Part shown: positions 25,328 through 38,400 of the stretch, piece by piece | How the letters are laid out: every line of letters starts with the position of its first letter | Position numbering within the stretch: position 1 is the first letter of the stretch | Assembly: GCA_000934665.2 (NCBI GenBank) | Contig: KZ538333.1 | Span: 1-64,000 of the forward strand | DNA length: 64,000 nucleotides | Direction: 5' to 3' | DNA from: Catajapyx aquilonaris | Lineage: Eukaryota | Translations under genes and position numbers: made by a program | Notes under the pieces: generated by a model | Database searches by the model: none | What the model was told of the DNA's origin: nothing | Seen by the model: only the letters and a program-made list of their open reading frames with translations

Positions 25328-28300
25328 ATGGCCGCCCGTCAACCGCGTCAGCTCCTGGCTGGACCTTATTTTGCATGGTTTTCGGTCCTTCTCTTGCTGA
25401 TTTCGCTGGCTGGTGCTGAGGAGGATGACCTGGTGTATAATGACGGAGGTGAGGCTTGGAATTTGCAGCAGGGTTTCGGTTGTTGCGCGGGTATTTGGCA
25501 GAACACTGGGCTGTGCTTGTGACGGTACCGTATTTCACTTGGGCCGTTGACACAGAACCGGGTCAAGTAGGACCCGATCCGGACCTGGTCCACTATTTGG
25601 ACGCCGGTTAAAGTATTGCCACACGCGGATTGGCTACTGCCAGGTGACACGTTGCGACCAGATGGTCAGGTTGTGTTTCTGTGTTGGCAATTCCAAAGAG
25701 TGGAACTGGCCTCGGCCTACCTGTTTCCATGTAAGTGACCCTATGTCTTTGTCCCATGATCTGCAAGCTTGTGTTTTTCCACTGGCAGATATCAAGGAGA
25801 AGAAAGGAGTTGATGGGAATTATGTGGTGGCGGAGGATAATGATGTTCTGATGCTGACTTCGGAGAATTTCGATCATGTTGTTGTGCCAAGAGATGTAAT
25901 TCTGGTGGAGTTCTATTCACCAGGGTAAGTCTGGGTCGTATGCCTATTATGTTTGACTTGCGTCTCCCATAATTCTGACAGCTATTTTTATAGGGGAATG
26001 TTGTCCAGCTGATTTGTTTGTTTGGGCCCTAAAAATATATAATTCTACCACTTAGGCAGGAAAATAGGCAGGATATAAATGGACATGTCTCAGATACCAT
26101 ATTTCTTACAACTATTGAGGACAACTTCAGATTAGGCCAATTATTTTTAAAGAAATCTTTTAATTTTTCTTTATTTTTGACACTTGCTTCATCTTCTGGC
26201 CATAATTTTTGTTGTTAAAGTTGCCATGATTCACAGGTGTGGTCATTGCCAAGCTTTGGAACCAGAATATTCAAGAGCAGCAGCAATTCTCAAAGAGGAT
26301 GGGATTGCATTGGCCAAAGTGGATGCTTCAAAGGAAAGATTTCTGGCAATGGAAAACAATGTTCAGGGCTTCCCAACAATGGTTCTTTTCCGCAAGGGAG
26401 AGAAGCAGGAGGAATACGAGGGACCCAGAACAGCTGAAGGTATGCTATAGAGAAAATGGGCCAATATAATAATAGTGCATATTTTCTTTTGAATATGAAT
26501 ATGTGTTTGTGGATTAGCTAGAGTAGTTAAGGTGACCAAGCAGCCTTAAATTTGAATTATTTTCACAGCAATTGTTGACTACATGAGGCTCCAGAGTGAT
26601 CCCAACTTCAAACCACCACCTCCTCCAGTGATTGTACTCGGTGTTGACAATTTTACTTCCATCGTGAAGAGCAAGCCACTCATACTAGTCGAATTTTATG
26701 CCCCATGGTGTGCGCACTGCAAGCAGGTGACAACAATTACTTGTTTATGTTCATCCAAACTGACTCTAAGCAATGGCATGCCTACAGTTGGAACCTGAAT
26801 ATGCGGCTGCAGCAAAGTTGCTCAAGGAATTGGCCATACCCTTGGCCAAAGTGGATGGGATTAGCAACAAGCCCTTAGCTGACCAACACCAAGTCACTGG
26901 ATGGCCAACAATGAAGGTACATTAGTGAGACAATTGACATGCTAAATTAAGTATTAACATTGAAGTTGCTTGCAGGTGTTTCGCTACGGACGTCCTTATG
27001 AGTACAAAGGTCCTCGTGACCAGAATGGTATAGTGAAATTCATGAAAGAATTGGCCCGTCTTCCTTCCCGAGATGTGGTGCAAGTGCAAGAAGCCCATAA
27101 CTCAATGGACAGATATGACTCTACTGTCGTGGGATTTTTTAAAGAAAAAAGCAATCTTTATGATGAGTACATTGTGGCTGCAAATGAGATGAGAGGTGAG
27201 ATTAAAAGGAAACATCATGATTTTCTTGTAGCTGATGGTTGTAGGCAGAGTGCATGCAAATAAATTCATAGGTAAATCAATGTAATGAAATTACCCGAAG
27301 GGGGACACCTCTTGGTTCAATAAATAAAGGTAGTAAATTGAAAGAGGAGAATAAGTAATGTTGTATTCAGACACTTCACAAGCCCATTTACATATTGGCA
27401 TTTAATTTTGTCTGGAAGTTTGCTGAGTGTAACAACAACAACGCCAACGAAGATGATGACATTAATTATAATAATAATGTTATGATAATGTACTTGTAAT
27501 TAATAATTGTTCATTGTTATTTTTCAGGTGACATCACGTTCCTTCACACCTTCAAGTCAAATGTGGCAGAGCACTTCAAGATGGAACCAGATGCAATTGT
27601 AGTGTTCCAACCTGAAATTTATCACTCAAAATATGAACAAAAGATGCACAAATTTTCCAAGGTTGGTTGTGTAAAAAGCAATGTCCAGGTTCCGGACTAA
27701 TGAGAATGATTTTCAGGTTTCTGGTACTTACAAAGAAATATTAGAATTTATTAAGACTAAAAGTGTTCCTGTGGTTGGCCAACGGACAAAGAAAAACATG
27801 GGAATTAAGTACTTGGCCCGACCTCTGGTCGTTGTTTATTATGATGTCAATTTTAGTCACAGCTACCTCAAAGGTGAGTTAATTACTGACATCTAAGTAA
27901 AGAGTAGGTTCCTCTCAAAATGGGCAGTGATAATTTGATATGTGCTGATGACTGTAACAACTAGGTAGTTTTGGTGTGATTTGCATGAAAAATGGGTCAT
28001 GAGTAATTTTGAATGAGGGAAAGGCTACCCATACATTACATAATGCTGTTTTGGCAGTTGTTGGCTTTCTTTTCACCACTACGTATTCATAGCAGCAATA
28101 TCATAACTGGCCAAATACTTTGCTTTGTCCTGCAGGAATTTGCAGAGATTCCTGAAAACTTGACTATGCGTTTATCATTGTTAGAATTCGTTAAAGAATA
28201 AGCAGTTATTCCTACTGGAAGTGAGAGATTTGTTAAGATAACTGAGATTGATCTGTGATTCTGATACTTAAGACACCTTCCATTTAAATTAAGAAGTTGA

Positions 28301-29060
28301 ATATGTCAAGTCATCCTTCGGCTTTTAAGAACCCATAAATTAATATTAACTATTTTCAGCTACCCAAATTTTGCGCCAAAAGGTGCTGAAAGCAGCAATT
28401 AAACTTCAGAAGGAGTATGGCCAAAACTCTATCCACTTTGCCATATCAAACGAGGAAGAATTTGCTGATGAGTTGCAAAGTCTTGGCCTAGAGGACTCGG
28501 GTGAAGACGTTAACCTTGGATACTACTCTGAGAAAGGGGAACGCTTCCCAATGGAGCCAACAGAAGACTTTGACACAGAATCTATACTTGAATTTGTGCA
28601 CGATGTCCAGGCTGGAAAAATTAAGCCTCACTGGAAATCACAGCCCATCCCGAAGAATCAAGACGGTCCAGTACGCATTGTAGTTGCAAACTCATTTCAA
28701 CAGGAAGTCATAGACTCCCCAAAGGATGTTCTGATCGAGTTTTATGCACCATGGTGTGGGCACTGCAAGAAGCTTGATCCTGTGTATGCGAAGCTGGCTA
28801 AGAAGATGGCAAAGGAGTCACCAAATCTGGTGGTGGCCAAAATGGATGCAACAGCCAATGATGTCTCACCACTGTTTTCCCTCACAGGGTATCCAGCCAT
28901 ATTTTTTGTCCCTGCTTTTAATAAGAATGATCCAGTGCAGTATGAAGGAGAAAGGTCGTTTGAGGGTCTGAAGGAGTTTGCTCTGAAGCAGGGGAGTGTG
29001 TTTCTCACTGAGGATGAAAAGAATGGAAGGGAAGAGGAAACTGTCAAAGATGAACTCTGA
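25328..29060 (+). CDS. PDIA4: Protein disulfide-isomerase A4 (ERp72), 9 exons, ~652 aa
   Basis: Exons 25328-25448, 25789-25924, 26237-26439, 26569-26726, 26788-26916, 26976-27195, 27528-27661, 27717-27873, 28360-29060 (1959 nt, phases match). Signal peptide, short acidic stretch, three thioredoxin CxxC domains (a0-a-b-b'-a' order), C-terminal KDEL. Confidence 0.95.
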
Positions 29061-29612
29061 GATTTTAGACTGAATCAGATTAAGGAATATTTTGATACTC
29101 TGGCATTTAAGTAATGGGGTTGTTAAGAATTATAAGAGCAACGAAAATGGTTGCCAAAAACTAGGGACATAGAGGGATGTCATTGCCCAATATCTTGTTT
29201 TTTGCTTTCATATCAAAATGGGAGGTTTTTGTTTTGACTATGAGTAAGATAGTAATCGTCATCACTGAAAATGTTAAAGTGTAAAATAGGAAACAATTTA
29301 ATTTGTGGGAGTTGTCATTTTGTCTTGGTGTTACTCTTACATAAATATTTTTGGGATATCAAATCACTATATTTGAATAATTTTAGGCTCTTCCTGTATG
29401 TTAAATCAGTCCTGATGAACTGGGATGCTGAATGTGTATTTTCTTGAAACAGAGTTGTGACCTGATCAGACCTGATCATGAAACGAACGGCAAAGAGCAT
29501 CATTATGTAATTCAAGATTTGAAGTACGTACATATACAGCTTCATTCCCCAACATGGTGCATCCAGGCGATGTACAATCCTGCATTTAAAATGTGCAAAA
29601 TATTTCCTTGGC

Positions 29613-29618
29613 AATAAA
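29613..29618 (+). terminator. Candidate PDIA4 polyadenylation signal
   Basis: AATAAA ~550 nt after the stop, followed by T-rich sequence. Confidence 0.45.
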
Positions 29619-30074
29619 CTTTCATCCTTTGCCTGCATGTATCACATTTTTTCTCTTACCCATGCAGGTAGTTTCTGAGAGATGCACAGTAGGTACACTG
29701 CAGCCTTCCTTATGCCGCATTTGCATGCAACCTGAAATCCGTGAATAATATATTTTACCAGACTTTTTAATGATACAGTTGAATCTGGACATAACATACT
29801 TCAAGTGACTGAGTGGGAAAAAAATATATTTAACCGAGGCCAGTTATAGCCAAATCGCCACTTTTGCAACGAGCATGTTGCTCTCGAGTCTGTTATATCC
29901 TGATTTAACTGTAGTAATGATTAGGAGGGAATATGCCAACTCATTCAGCTCAATGAAGAGTTTTATTATGTTTGATACCAAGAGTGTTGATACCCATTTC
30001 ATACTCATATTTGCCAAAGAGTGTTGTCTTCATCTACCGACAGATGCCGCCAGTGTCCCGACTTCTTTTTCTAG

Positions 30075-30398
30075 TTCCCCGCCCGCAGCGCCAACGGCCC
30101 GGTGAGCGGCGGGTGGGGCCAATAACTCGTCAGTCGGCAGAAGACCCGAGCGCTCAACCGGAGACGGTCCGTGGCTTCCGCGTCTGGTCGCCTCGTCGCC
30201 CGCTCTCGCAGGCCCCGGGGCCACACAGAGAGAGAGAGAGAGAGAGAGAGACAGCAGCCCGCAGCACATGTGCTCCCCGGCCACACTGTGACGAGGGGGC
30301 CACCGGAACGAGAGGGCTCTCTGCCCCTGGGTCATGCTACTGGGGGCGGAACAGCACAGGGGCCGACCCCGGGGCGGATAGCTGGGGGAACATTACGG
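30075..30398 (+). promoter_or_regulatory. GC/CpG-rich promoter and probable non-coding first exon of the PTPN4-like gene
   Basis: Sharp GC/CpG island with GC-box-like sequences, CCAAT (~30119) and an (AG)12 tract, ending at donor ACGG|GTAATT (30398/30399). The ATG-containing exon at 50229 begins with an acceptor, so an upstream exon is required. Confidence 0.5.
30227..30250 (+). repeat. (AG)12 microsatellite / GAGA tract
   Basis: Direct read of the sequence. Confidence 0.9.
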
Positions 30399-33300
30399 GT
30401 AATTTGAAATTATTGTCAATATTCAGTGTGCGGGTCAGTTACAACCGGGTAGGTTTAATCGAATTTTTTGATTGCTGTTATATTCATGGCGTGTTAAAAG
30501 CGATTGGGAGTCTATTAAATTAAGCTGAGTTTTTGTAGTGTGGGATTAACATTTGTGGCTTTTAACTCAATGAGGTTTGGTCAGCCAGTTTAATGTAAAA
30601 TTTCATTTGGGAACTTTGCATTAAAATTCATGGGATCATTTGTTGTGGTAATACAGTAATTATTGATAGCTACTGTAATAGATGGAGCTGTATTTGGAAT
30701 TACAGGTTTCACCCATTCATTGCCACATTAAACTCAGTTCACTTAAAACTCAATTCTCTGTAATATTTACAGGTGTTAATTTAATGTTGACTCAATAACA
30801 AGTAGATTCTAAACCTGCAGCACACTTACATAGTCAATTAAAAAATAAAAATACTAATCCAGCACAGCAGTGACACACAAGTGACACTGTCTCCAATGCA
30901 AGACCACATCATTATAAAACATTTCACTAAATTGCATGAATTATTGCTGTTGTGTGGTTAGAGATCAGTAGGAACAGACAATTACTCGTTATTTTGTAAA
31001 ACCAAGTTATGCACCTTGTTTGTCACTTTGTTTCCCATCGTTCCATATGACAAGTGTAATTCAGCTGATGGTATCAGGTGCTACTGATTTCCTTCCAGGA
31101 AGTTGGTTTCCAGCTGCAGACGCTGCATTTTGAGCACCAGGCGCTAGTGTTGAATTTCCCAGTGATTGGCGTGGTAGAAGATAAGGTAGAGTGGCATTAT
31201 TACTTCATTCTTTGTTGCCATGCCCGTTATGCCATTTTAAACACCAGGTTTGAAAGACCTGGCATGTTTGTGCAAAGCGACCTTGGAGTGGATCAAAAGT
31301 TGACAGATATGTGGGCTTAATACCCTGGCTATAGGCAATCATTCCCTATTGAATACCAAGACAGGGTACTGTCTAAGACTCTAAGGACATGCTGAATATG
31401 AATCGCAAGCTTTGTTTCTATGAGAATTTGGGACAGTTAAGCATTCTGTCAGTTACATATGCACACACACTGTGCGTGATGGTGTTTTAATTGCACGAGG
31501 GGCAGTCTCACAGAGGATGTGGAAACATGAATTTTATATGACTAGAGAAGTGCTCACATATTGTCCCTCTTAGTATATGCACATTTGCAGTCAGCTGAGT
31601 GGTAGAGTCAGAAATTCCAACATGTATTTTTAGATGAGGATGCTGGTTGACGTGCCCTTAATATGACAACCTACATCCATTATTGCCATGTTCACACAGT
31701 GAAGTACACACCATGCTTGTTTGCATGCAGCTTGCAGAAAATTCGTGTAACTTTATGATGTATGCACCTGCTTGTTTTTTAAAGCAGAAAAATTATATGC
31801 TGAGATTTTGTAAGGTCATGCAATTATGTTACATTGCGCAACCTTTGCTTGGTATTGGAGAACGCAGCATTAAGCACGGCTCATGGCCAGATCAGCTCCT
31901 TTATTTCGTCTACTGCAGTTATTTTTAGCCTTGTGTAAATACCACAAGTCAAGGTATATTTTCATGTAGCAAAAAAACTCCTCGAAGCACCACAAATCGG
32001 CACACGTCAGGACAAATATCTAATAATGCTCCCTTGTGTCAGCCTACCAGTCTGACAAACAGGATGGCCGGTCAAAGAAAAGAAGGGAGGGTTTGACTAT
32101 AGGTGTGACACAAAAATCTGACCTTGGTTCCGCCGAAGCAGCTGCAGCTCTTTCAGGTACATTTGCATGTTTGGGAGCAGTGTACACCATGAATCACCCG
32201 CCTGGTTCTATTGTTATTCTTTAGTGGGTTTCATTCCGAAATATGAGGGATATTGACAAAGGTCGTTCCTGCTGCTCAAGGACCACACGAGAAGTGTGTG
32301 GCTGTTGATAACAATAAGTGTGTCATTGCATGGATAAGGTCAGGGAAAATCGGGGTGTGACCTCCTACTGATATTGTTGAGCTGACCGATTTACGGCCTG
32401 GCAACCTGTCGCAAGACTGCCGGTTTTTAAAACAAGCTAAACCCGGTTTTTTTTTTTTTATAGCGACGGCCAAGTTTTCGCTGTAAAACTCGACTGAGCC
32501 CGAGGAAATGAATTAATGGAAAGTCTGCCACCGAGATTTGCACTGCTCGTTAAAAATTATGCGAGGAAGACCAGGGATGTCTGGGAATTACGACAGGTTG
32601 AGTCACAAATGTGACAGTGAGTGACATGGGTAGGGGGAGAGGCCTCGAAAAAATTCACCAGCCACTTAACATGTGAGTGCGAGTTATTAATTCAATTAGG
32701 CAAACGCAGCATTCCTGCAACTTTTGAATAATTGGAAGAGGGGAGAACTCTTTTTTTTTTTTTTTTACTGATGCAAAAAAGTTCAAACACAAGTGGTGCA
32801 GTAAAACCGGCTCTATCCATGTTTATGTAACTTGATGCAATTCGATATGACGCATACAACTTGGATTAATGCAGGGATTACGGTACACCAACTACACCAT
32901 ATCGATTGTTGGATTTATGTCGAAAAAAAATACGGAATGGTGCAGTTGTTATTAGGGATGTCAGGCCACCCCCCCTAATTTGCACGCATACTGCTTAATT
33001 CAATTCGAATCGATGCCCCATGTGTATTGAAAGGTACGGCGAGGGTACCGTACCCTTGGCCTGGTATCATTCATCCGTGAGGGCACAAACTTCCAAGGGC
33101 AGTTTGATTTTTTTATGGCCGGACCTTGCTTCTTTCTCTCTCATTCATTAGGCGTTGGCCTTTAGAAAGAAAAGTGTGTGAGGCACTCGGCACCTGAAGC
33201 AGAGCTATCATTATGGCCATCTGATTGGGCTGGTGAATGGCAGGACCGGTGATTATTTAGGCATAATCGGAAATAGATGGGAGGATGGGCCGGATGATTT

Positions 33301-35414
33301 TAGAGCTGTCAAGAGCAACGGATTTTGCAGTTTACACTAACGGGGATTTTTTTTTTTTTTTTTTTAGAACACGAAGATTCGAGCTGGGCGTGAATTACAC
33401 GTGCGTTCGATTAATTTATATGCATTGGAAACTGAGGCTTTGCTCGGAACAAAATGGGATCAAACTGCAGTAAAATATTGGAGTCGACATGATATTTGGT
33501 TTGGATAAAAATTGTATGGGTCTGACTAGATAATAATATCACAGCAGACGTATGTTTTTAACACATATGTCTATGCGAGGTTTGTGTTAGCATTAAATTA
33601 TGTAATAACATCAGTCGTTGGGAACTGTATAGTAGCTGCCAACTGGTGAATTTCTCCGGTGTTGTGATTTGCGTAATTTGCATATTACTGAAAGCAAAAC
33701 TTCATGACTCATTTGTTTATGCGCGATTTTGCAGCCTCAGGGCGATGCGTATACAGTGGCTATGTAGCACATGGCTGGGTCAGCCTGGAGAGTGCTCGCC
33801 AAGTGCGTGTTGCTTCATTGAAGTAAAAATGCAGAGGTGCGTTCTTTTGTGCCACTTTGACGAACATAGGGTAAATGGAAGACCTTATTTTCGTGGGAAT
33901 TTCGAAAGCCGTTGCAGTAACATGTATGCTGAGAATAATTCAGACAACTGATATGTGATTGATGTGGCAACATGCGGGCGCGATAAATTATGCAGAAGTG
34001 TGCGTAGTCAGTAGTCGAGCAAATTTCTATTATTACAACGCTGAATGGAAAGCCGGAGCGGACAGCGATCCGAACGGATCTGGTGATAAAATATTTAATT
34101 TTCCGTGTCACAAGCGTAGTTTTGTGCCGTGGAAAACGTGCGAGAGGGTACGCCAGCGCAAGAAAATAACCACCACTTTTAAAATAATGAGTTGGGGCAG
34201 AGTGCGTAATATTTCACCGGGCACTTACATATCCGGGGCAAGCTGACAGCTCGTGGGTAGGCGGGGCATGTAAAGTGTCACATGCGAGCTCAGAAAAAGG
34301 AGGATATCTCTTCCCAGGTCGAGAGATGCGAAAGTTTGCGTTCACAAAGAGAAGGAGAGGAGAAAAAAAAGAAGGTGGGTTGTGCGTAGGTGGTAAGGCT
34401 GGAGGTCAATTGGTCACAAACTATATAGAATTAGGCTCAAGTTGATTCTGGATTTATTTCAATACTAGGGTTATCTGCTCTTACATTGTGTATGAGTGTG
34501 AAATGATGAACGCGTGTGTTTACGGTCAACCAGACTGATAGAGCCATTTATTGCAATTTTGTGTCTTGTGACATCGAGTGATTAGGATGAACGGCTGGTT
34601 GATGACAAGCCAAATGGGAATATAGCGCGGTGTTGGCGTAGGTTATGGCCACATATTGGAAGGTGAACAAAATGCGCAATGAACCAGTAAAAAAGTGAGT
34701 ACGTAGTTGGCGGCTTATCACATGTGGGGTCAAAACAAGATTACCTTACGCGTAACTAGCATAGTGAGACGTAGTTATAGTTGTTGGGCTAAACAACGCT
34801 GCAAAAACAATTGTCAGAATAGTGTGTGATTTGACTCCTGTGGCTCGAAATAGCGAATATTATTTAATCGGTTCCATTATTGTATCGCAAATTGAATATG
34901 GGTGTAACTCGATGATATGGAGCAGTATAAACGTTCATGGTGGCGGATCAAGAACAAAGGGCGTCTGAAATTGCCTGCATAATGGGCGTGCTTCAAATTG
35001 TGAAGGCCGCACGGTGCAATTTTGTGGGAAATTGAAGGGATTTGTGCATCGATAGCGGTAGAAAAGCATTGGTCACACGTGCAAGGCTTGTTGACCTCAG
35101 TGAGAGAGAGAGAAAAAAAAACACCTCCCATTCCGGAGCTGTTTTTCATTTCCGGGAACAGGTTCAGAGGGGACCTCTGGCACACCAAAAAGGTGTGGAG
35201 ATTGTAGTGCTGTTGTAGGATTTCCCAAGTGTTTCATTCACTCCCCCGCCTGACATGACCTTTCCTGTTGCACTTATTTCGCCCAGCACATGAGATAAGT
35301 AACCCCTCACTGATAACATTAGCATTGATTAACACTGTTGCCCATGGTCTATCCAGCCAGGTGTTCTGTACCGTACATACCGTACATGAAAAGTGACAGC
35401 TTTTTTTTTTTTTT

Positions 35415-35492
35415 NNNNNNNNNNNNNNNNNNNNNNNNNNNNNNNNNNNNNNNNNNNNNNNNNNNNNNNNNNNNNNNNNNNNNNNNNNNNNN
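35415..35492. other. Assembly gap (78 N) between poly-T and poly-G runs
   Basis: Run of n characters. Confidence 1.
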
Positions 35493-38400
35493 GGGGGGGG
35501 GGGGGAGAGTAAAAAGCGTGTTGGGGACAAATGTCGGGGCCGTGCTGATGACACCAGATGACGGCCCAATCATGGCCCAGTGGTGTCGAGAAAAGTCGCA
35601 CCACTTCGGCGGATATCCTGACTTTTACGGCTCTACAGAAATGGAAAAGAAAGCTCTTGTTAATTGGATCTGGCAGAACTGGATGGACTGGATTTATTGC
35701 CAAAGCACGACCGGTGCTTTATTAGTGCAGGTTGGTACATTGGGATGTGCTGAATAACAAGGTGTCCACGACGACAATGTCCCCCCTAGCCGAAGACCAG
35801 CGGGGATGTGCATTTGCATGACAATCAGCGCCGTTGCCATACTTGTTGGATGAGGGAGCAGCCTCCAAACCGTATATACGGATTTGGGGCTGCCCAATTC
35901 CACTTGAATACATATTAATAAAGGAAGGGTGTGTTTTTTGTTTTTTTTTGACAAAAATTGCAGGACCAAAATGGAGTTTGGCTGGTGCAGCCATGATGCA
36001 TCGTGGGCGTTCAAATATAAAGAGAGGCAAAGGGGGAGGGGGGGAAAAAATGTGACTGCTGCATCGCCCACACGTTGCTCTTGTGGTACTATTTATGGAG
36101 CAGTCGGAACTAAAATGGATTTGAGCCCAGTCTCAGGCGATCCCAGCGGCTGATAATTTTTTTTTTGAGCCTTTTCCAGGCCTTATATTGTGGTTACACG
36201 TGCCCGATTGGATGCGGAGTTTTTGGGAGGTTTTTATCGATCCTGACTTTTCAGGGGAGGAAATATATGGCATAATATTGTGATATCGTGCCGTATAGTA
36301 TGGAGGGGAAGTTGGAAGTTTTGGGAGTATTATGTCGCAAAATAAGGGAGTTTCGAAGGCATTTAGGCATGCGGCAACTTCATTTCGATGGTGTCATGGT
36401 ATTATAGGAAAGTAGGAATCTGAAGAGCGTTGAACCCGGCAAAAATGTACGCCGAGTATGGTTCAGAGTTGTTACGTGACATCTGTGTACTGTGGACAAA
36501 AACAACCATTGGCGAACGTGTAGTGGCGTCGAATGGTTCTGGGAAAAATCACATCTGCGCCAACTGGAGTTCATGGAATCGCTATCTGTCGGTAGCTGAT
36601 AAATGGGTGTCATATATACTTTGCTTTCAGTGCAGGACTGACGCTTGATAATCAGATGTTTAGTCGGAGCTTATAAATTGACTCACGTTCTGCATCACAC
36701 TGTATGCTGCATATATATGGTTGGCCTGGATTTCACAGTGAATTACTGTAACTATTAGGACCTTCTGAAATAGGTATGCATATACTTTTTCCGTCTTATG
36801 CATTCGTTACAGTTTGAAAATTATGTAGTTTTTGTAGGTGTCATTTGCCTGTTTTTATATCATGTCATTATGTAATAGAATAACGACATATGCAATATGC
36901 AGTTAGATGGGCAATTTGCCGCGAGCATTTTAAATTCCACTAATAGATTCCCGAAAGCAGTGCTTTGTCAGGCTATTTTTCCTAGACAATAACGTCATCA
37001 CAACAGTTTCTCTCGAGCCATAACACGCCCATCATAATTATGGGGCACGATGTGGAACTAGGCGTAAAAGCTTTGACGATAGCTGCCCGTGTCGCCTGTA
37101 AACTAGTTATGAGAGCGACAATAATTGCAGATTAAACAGGGCGGCTCTTCCCATACTCCCGAAAGTTTCCAAATGTTGGCTCCGACCCTATTGTAAACAG
37201 TAGGCGACTAGATCAAAGGTACCACTAACAGCCAGCGGATTAGCCTCTCTACTCTATAATATGACAGTTTCGAATGGCCGCAGTGGGAAAGTCAAATGAG
37301 GTTGGTGTAGCAAATTCAACATCCCCCTCTGGAATTTTCAACTAACCTTCAGTCGAAGCAGGAGGTAGCCTAAAAATCTTGACCCGATATTTTTAGATAG
37401 AGCAAAAGTAGTATGGAGCTTGAGGGGGAAAAAAAATGGAGACGAAATAGTCTGGGGGAGTGTGTTGAGAACTTTCTGTTCCTCTTTGCTCTTGCGGTAC
37501 CCGTCCTATTGCACGCTAAGAGGCAATTTGCATATCCATTTGCAGCCCGGAGGGGGAAATGGTCCGCCCTTGTGTGGCTTTTTGGAGCCACGCATTGCGC
37601 GTTTGGGGAATGAAAATTGCCAAGTTAGGCAAAGGCGTGTGTGTATACTTTTTTCCCTCGCATACATTAATTTATAACGGAACAGTATGTCCATATAAAT
37701 GAGCTGATTCAAAGTTGGAGAGGATTCTTGGGCGCGACTTGCAAATATGGTTTTTTTTTTAAAAAAAAATTGCAGGCTGCATTAATTTTTTGACTTGGCT
37801 TTTGCATGGCTGATCGACTTCACCGCGAGGGGAAAAACGGTGACAGGATTTGATGCACCATAGGCAATATTGCGACGGGAGTTTCATAACTCGTGGGTCC
37901 TGAACGTTCCGACCATGCATTTTTAGTCCATTAGAGGGTTGGGGGGGATGAAATTAATGGAACTACTCTAAATTTACGCCTGGCGTTCCACACCATAAAT
38001 TTTTGCTCTACCACCCGGCGAATGGGCCTTTCCTGGCAGTCCTCATGCAAATTGTGCCATTTAGTGGTCTTTTGAAGGCGAAAAACCCAACGTTCCAGCT
38101 ACAAACCAACATGCTTCTCTGCACAGATAGCGTTTCCATGTCGCCACTGTGATGGACCAAGGTTCTGACCGCAATCCATCCCCAGAGGGGTTATTGTCCA
38201 CATGCCCGGCAATTTTTTGGAGGTGAAAAATTGAGGCTGGGGGGTCTCGGACCCAAAATTGTACCCTAGCGAGCAACCCAGTCGTTTGATTTTCCCCATT
38301 TAATACAATCCCTGTTGTGTGCTGACAACAATATGCGATTAGCATGAAACTAAAGCTCTGGAAACGCAGCCATAAACAAATGATCAATTTGGTCGCAATT

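Noticed and set aside
35548..35757. Trp-rich small ORF (MTPDDG...WIWQNWMDWIY...)
   Set aside because: No recognised homology or splice support, and it lies next to the assembly gap.
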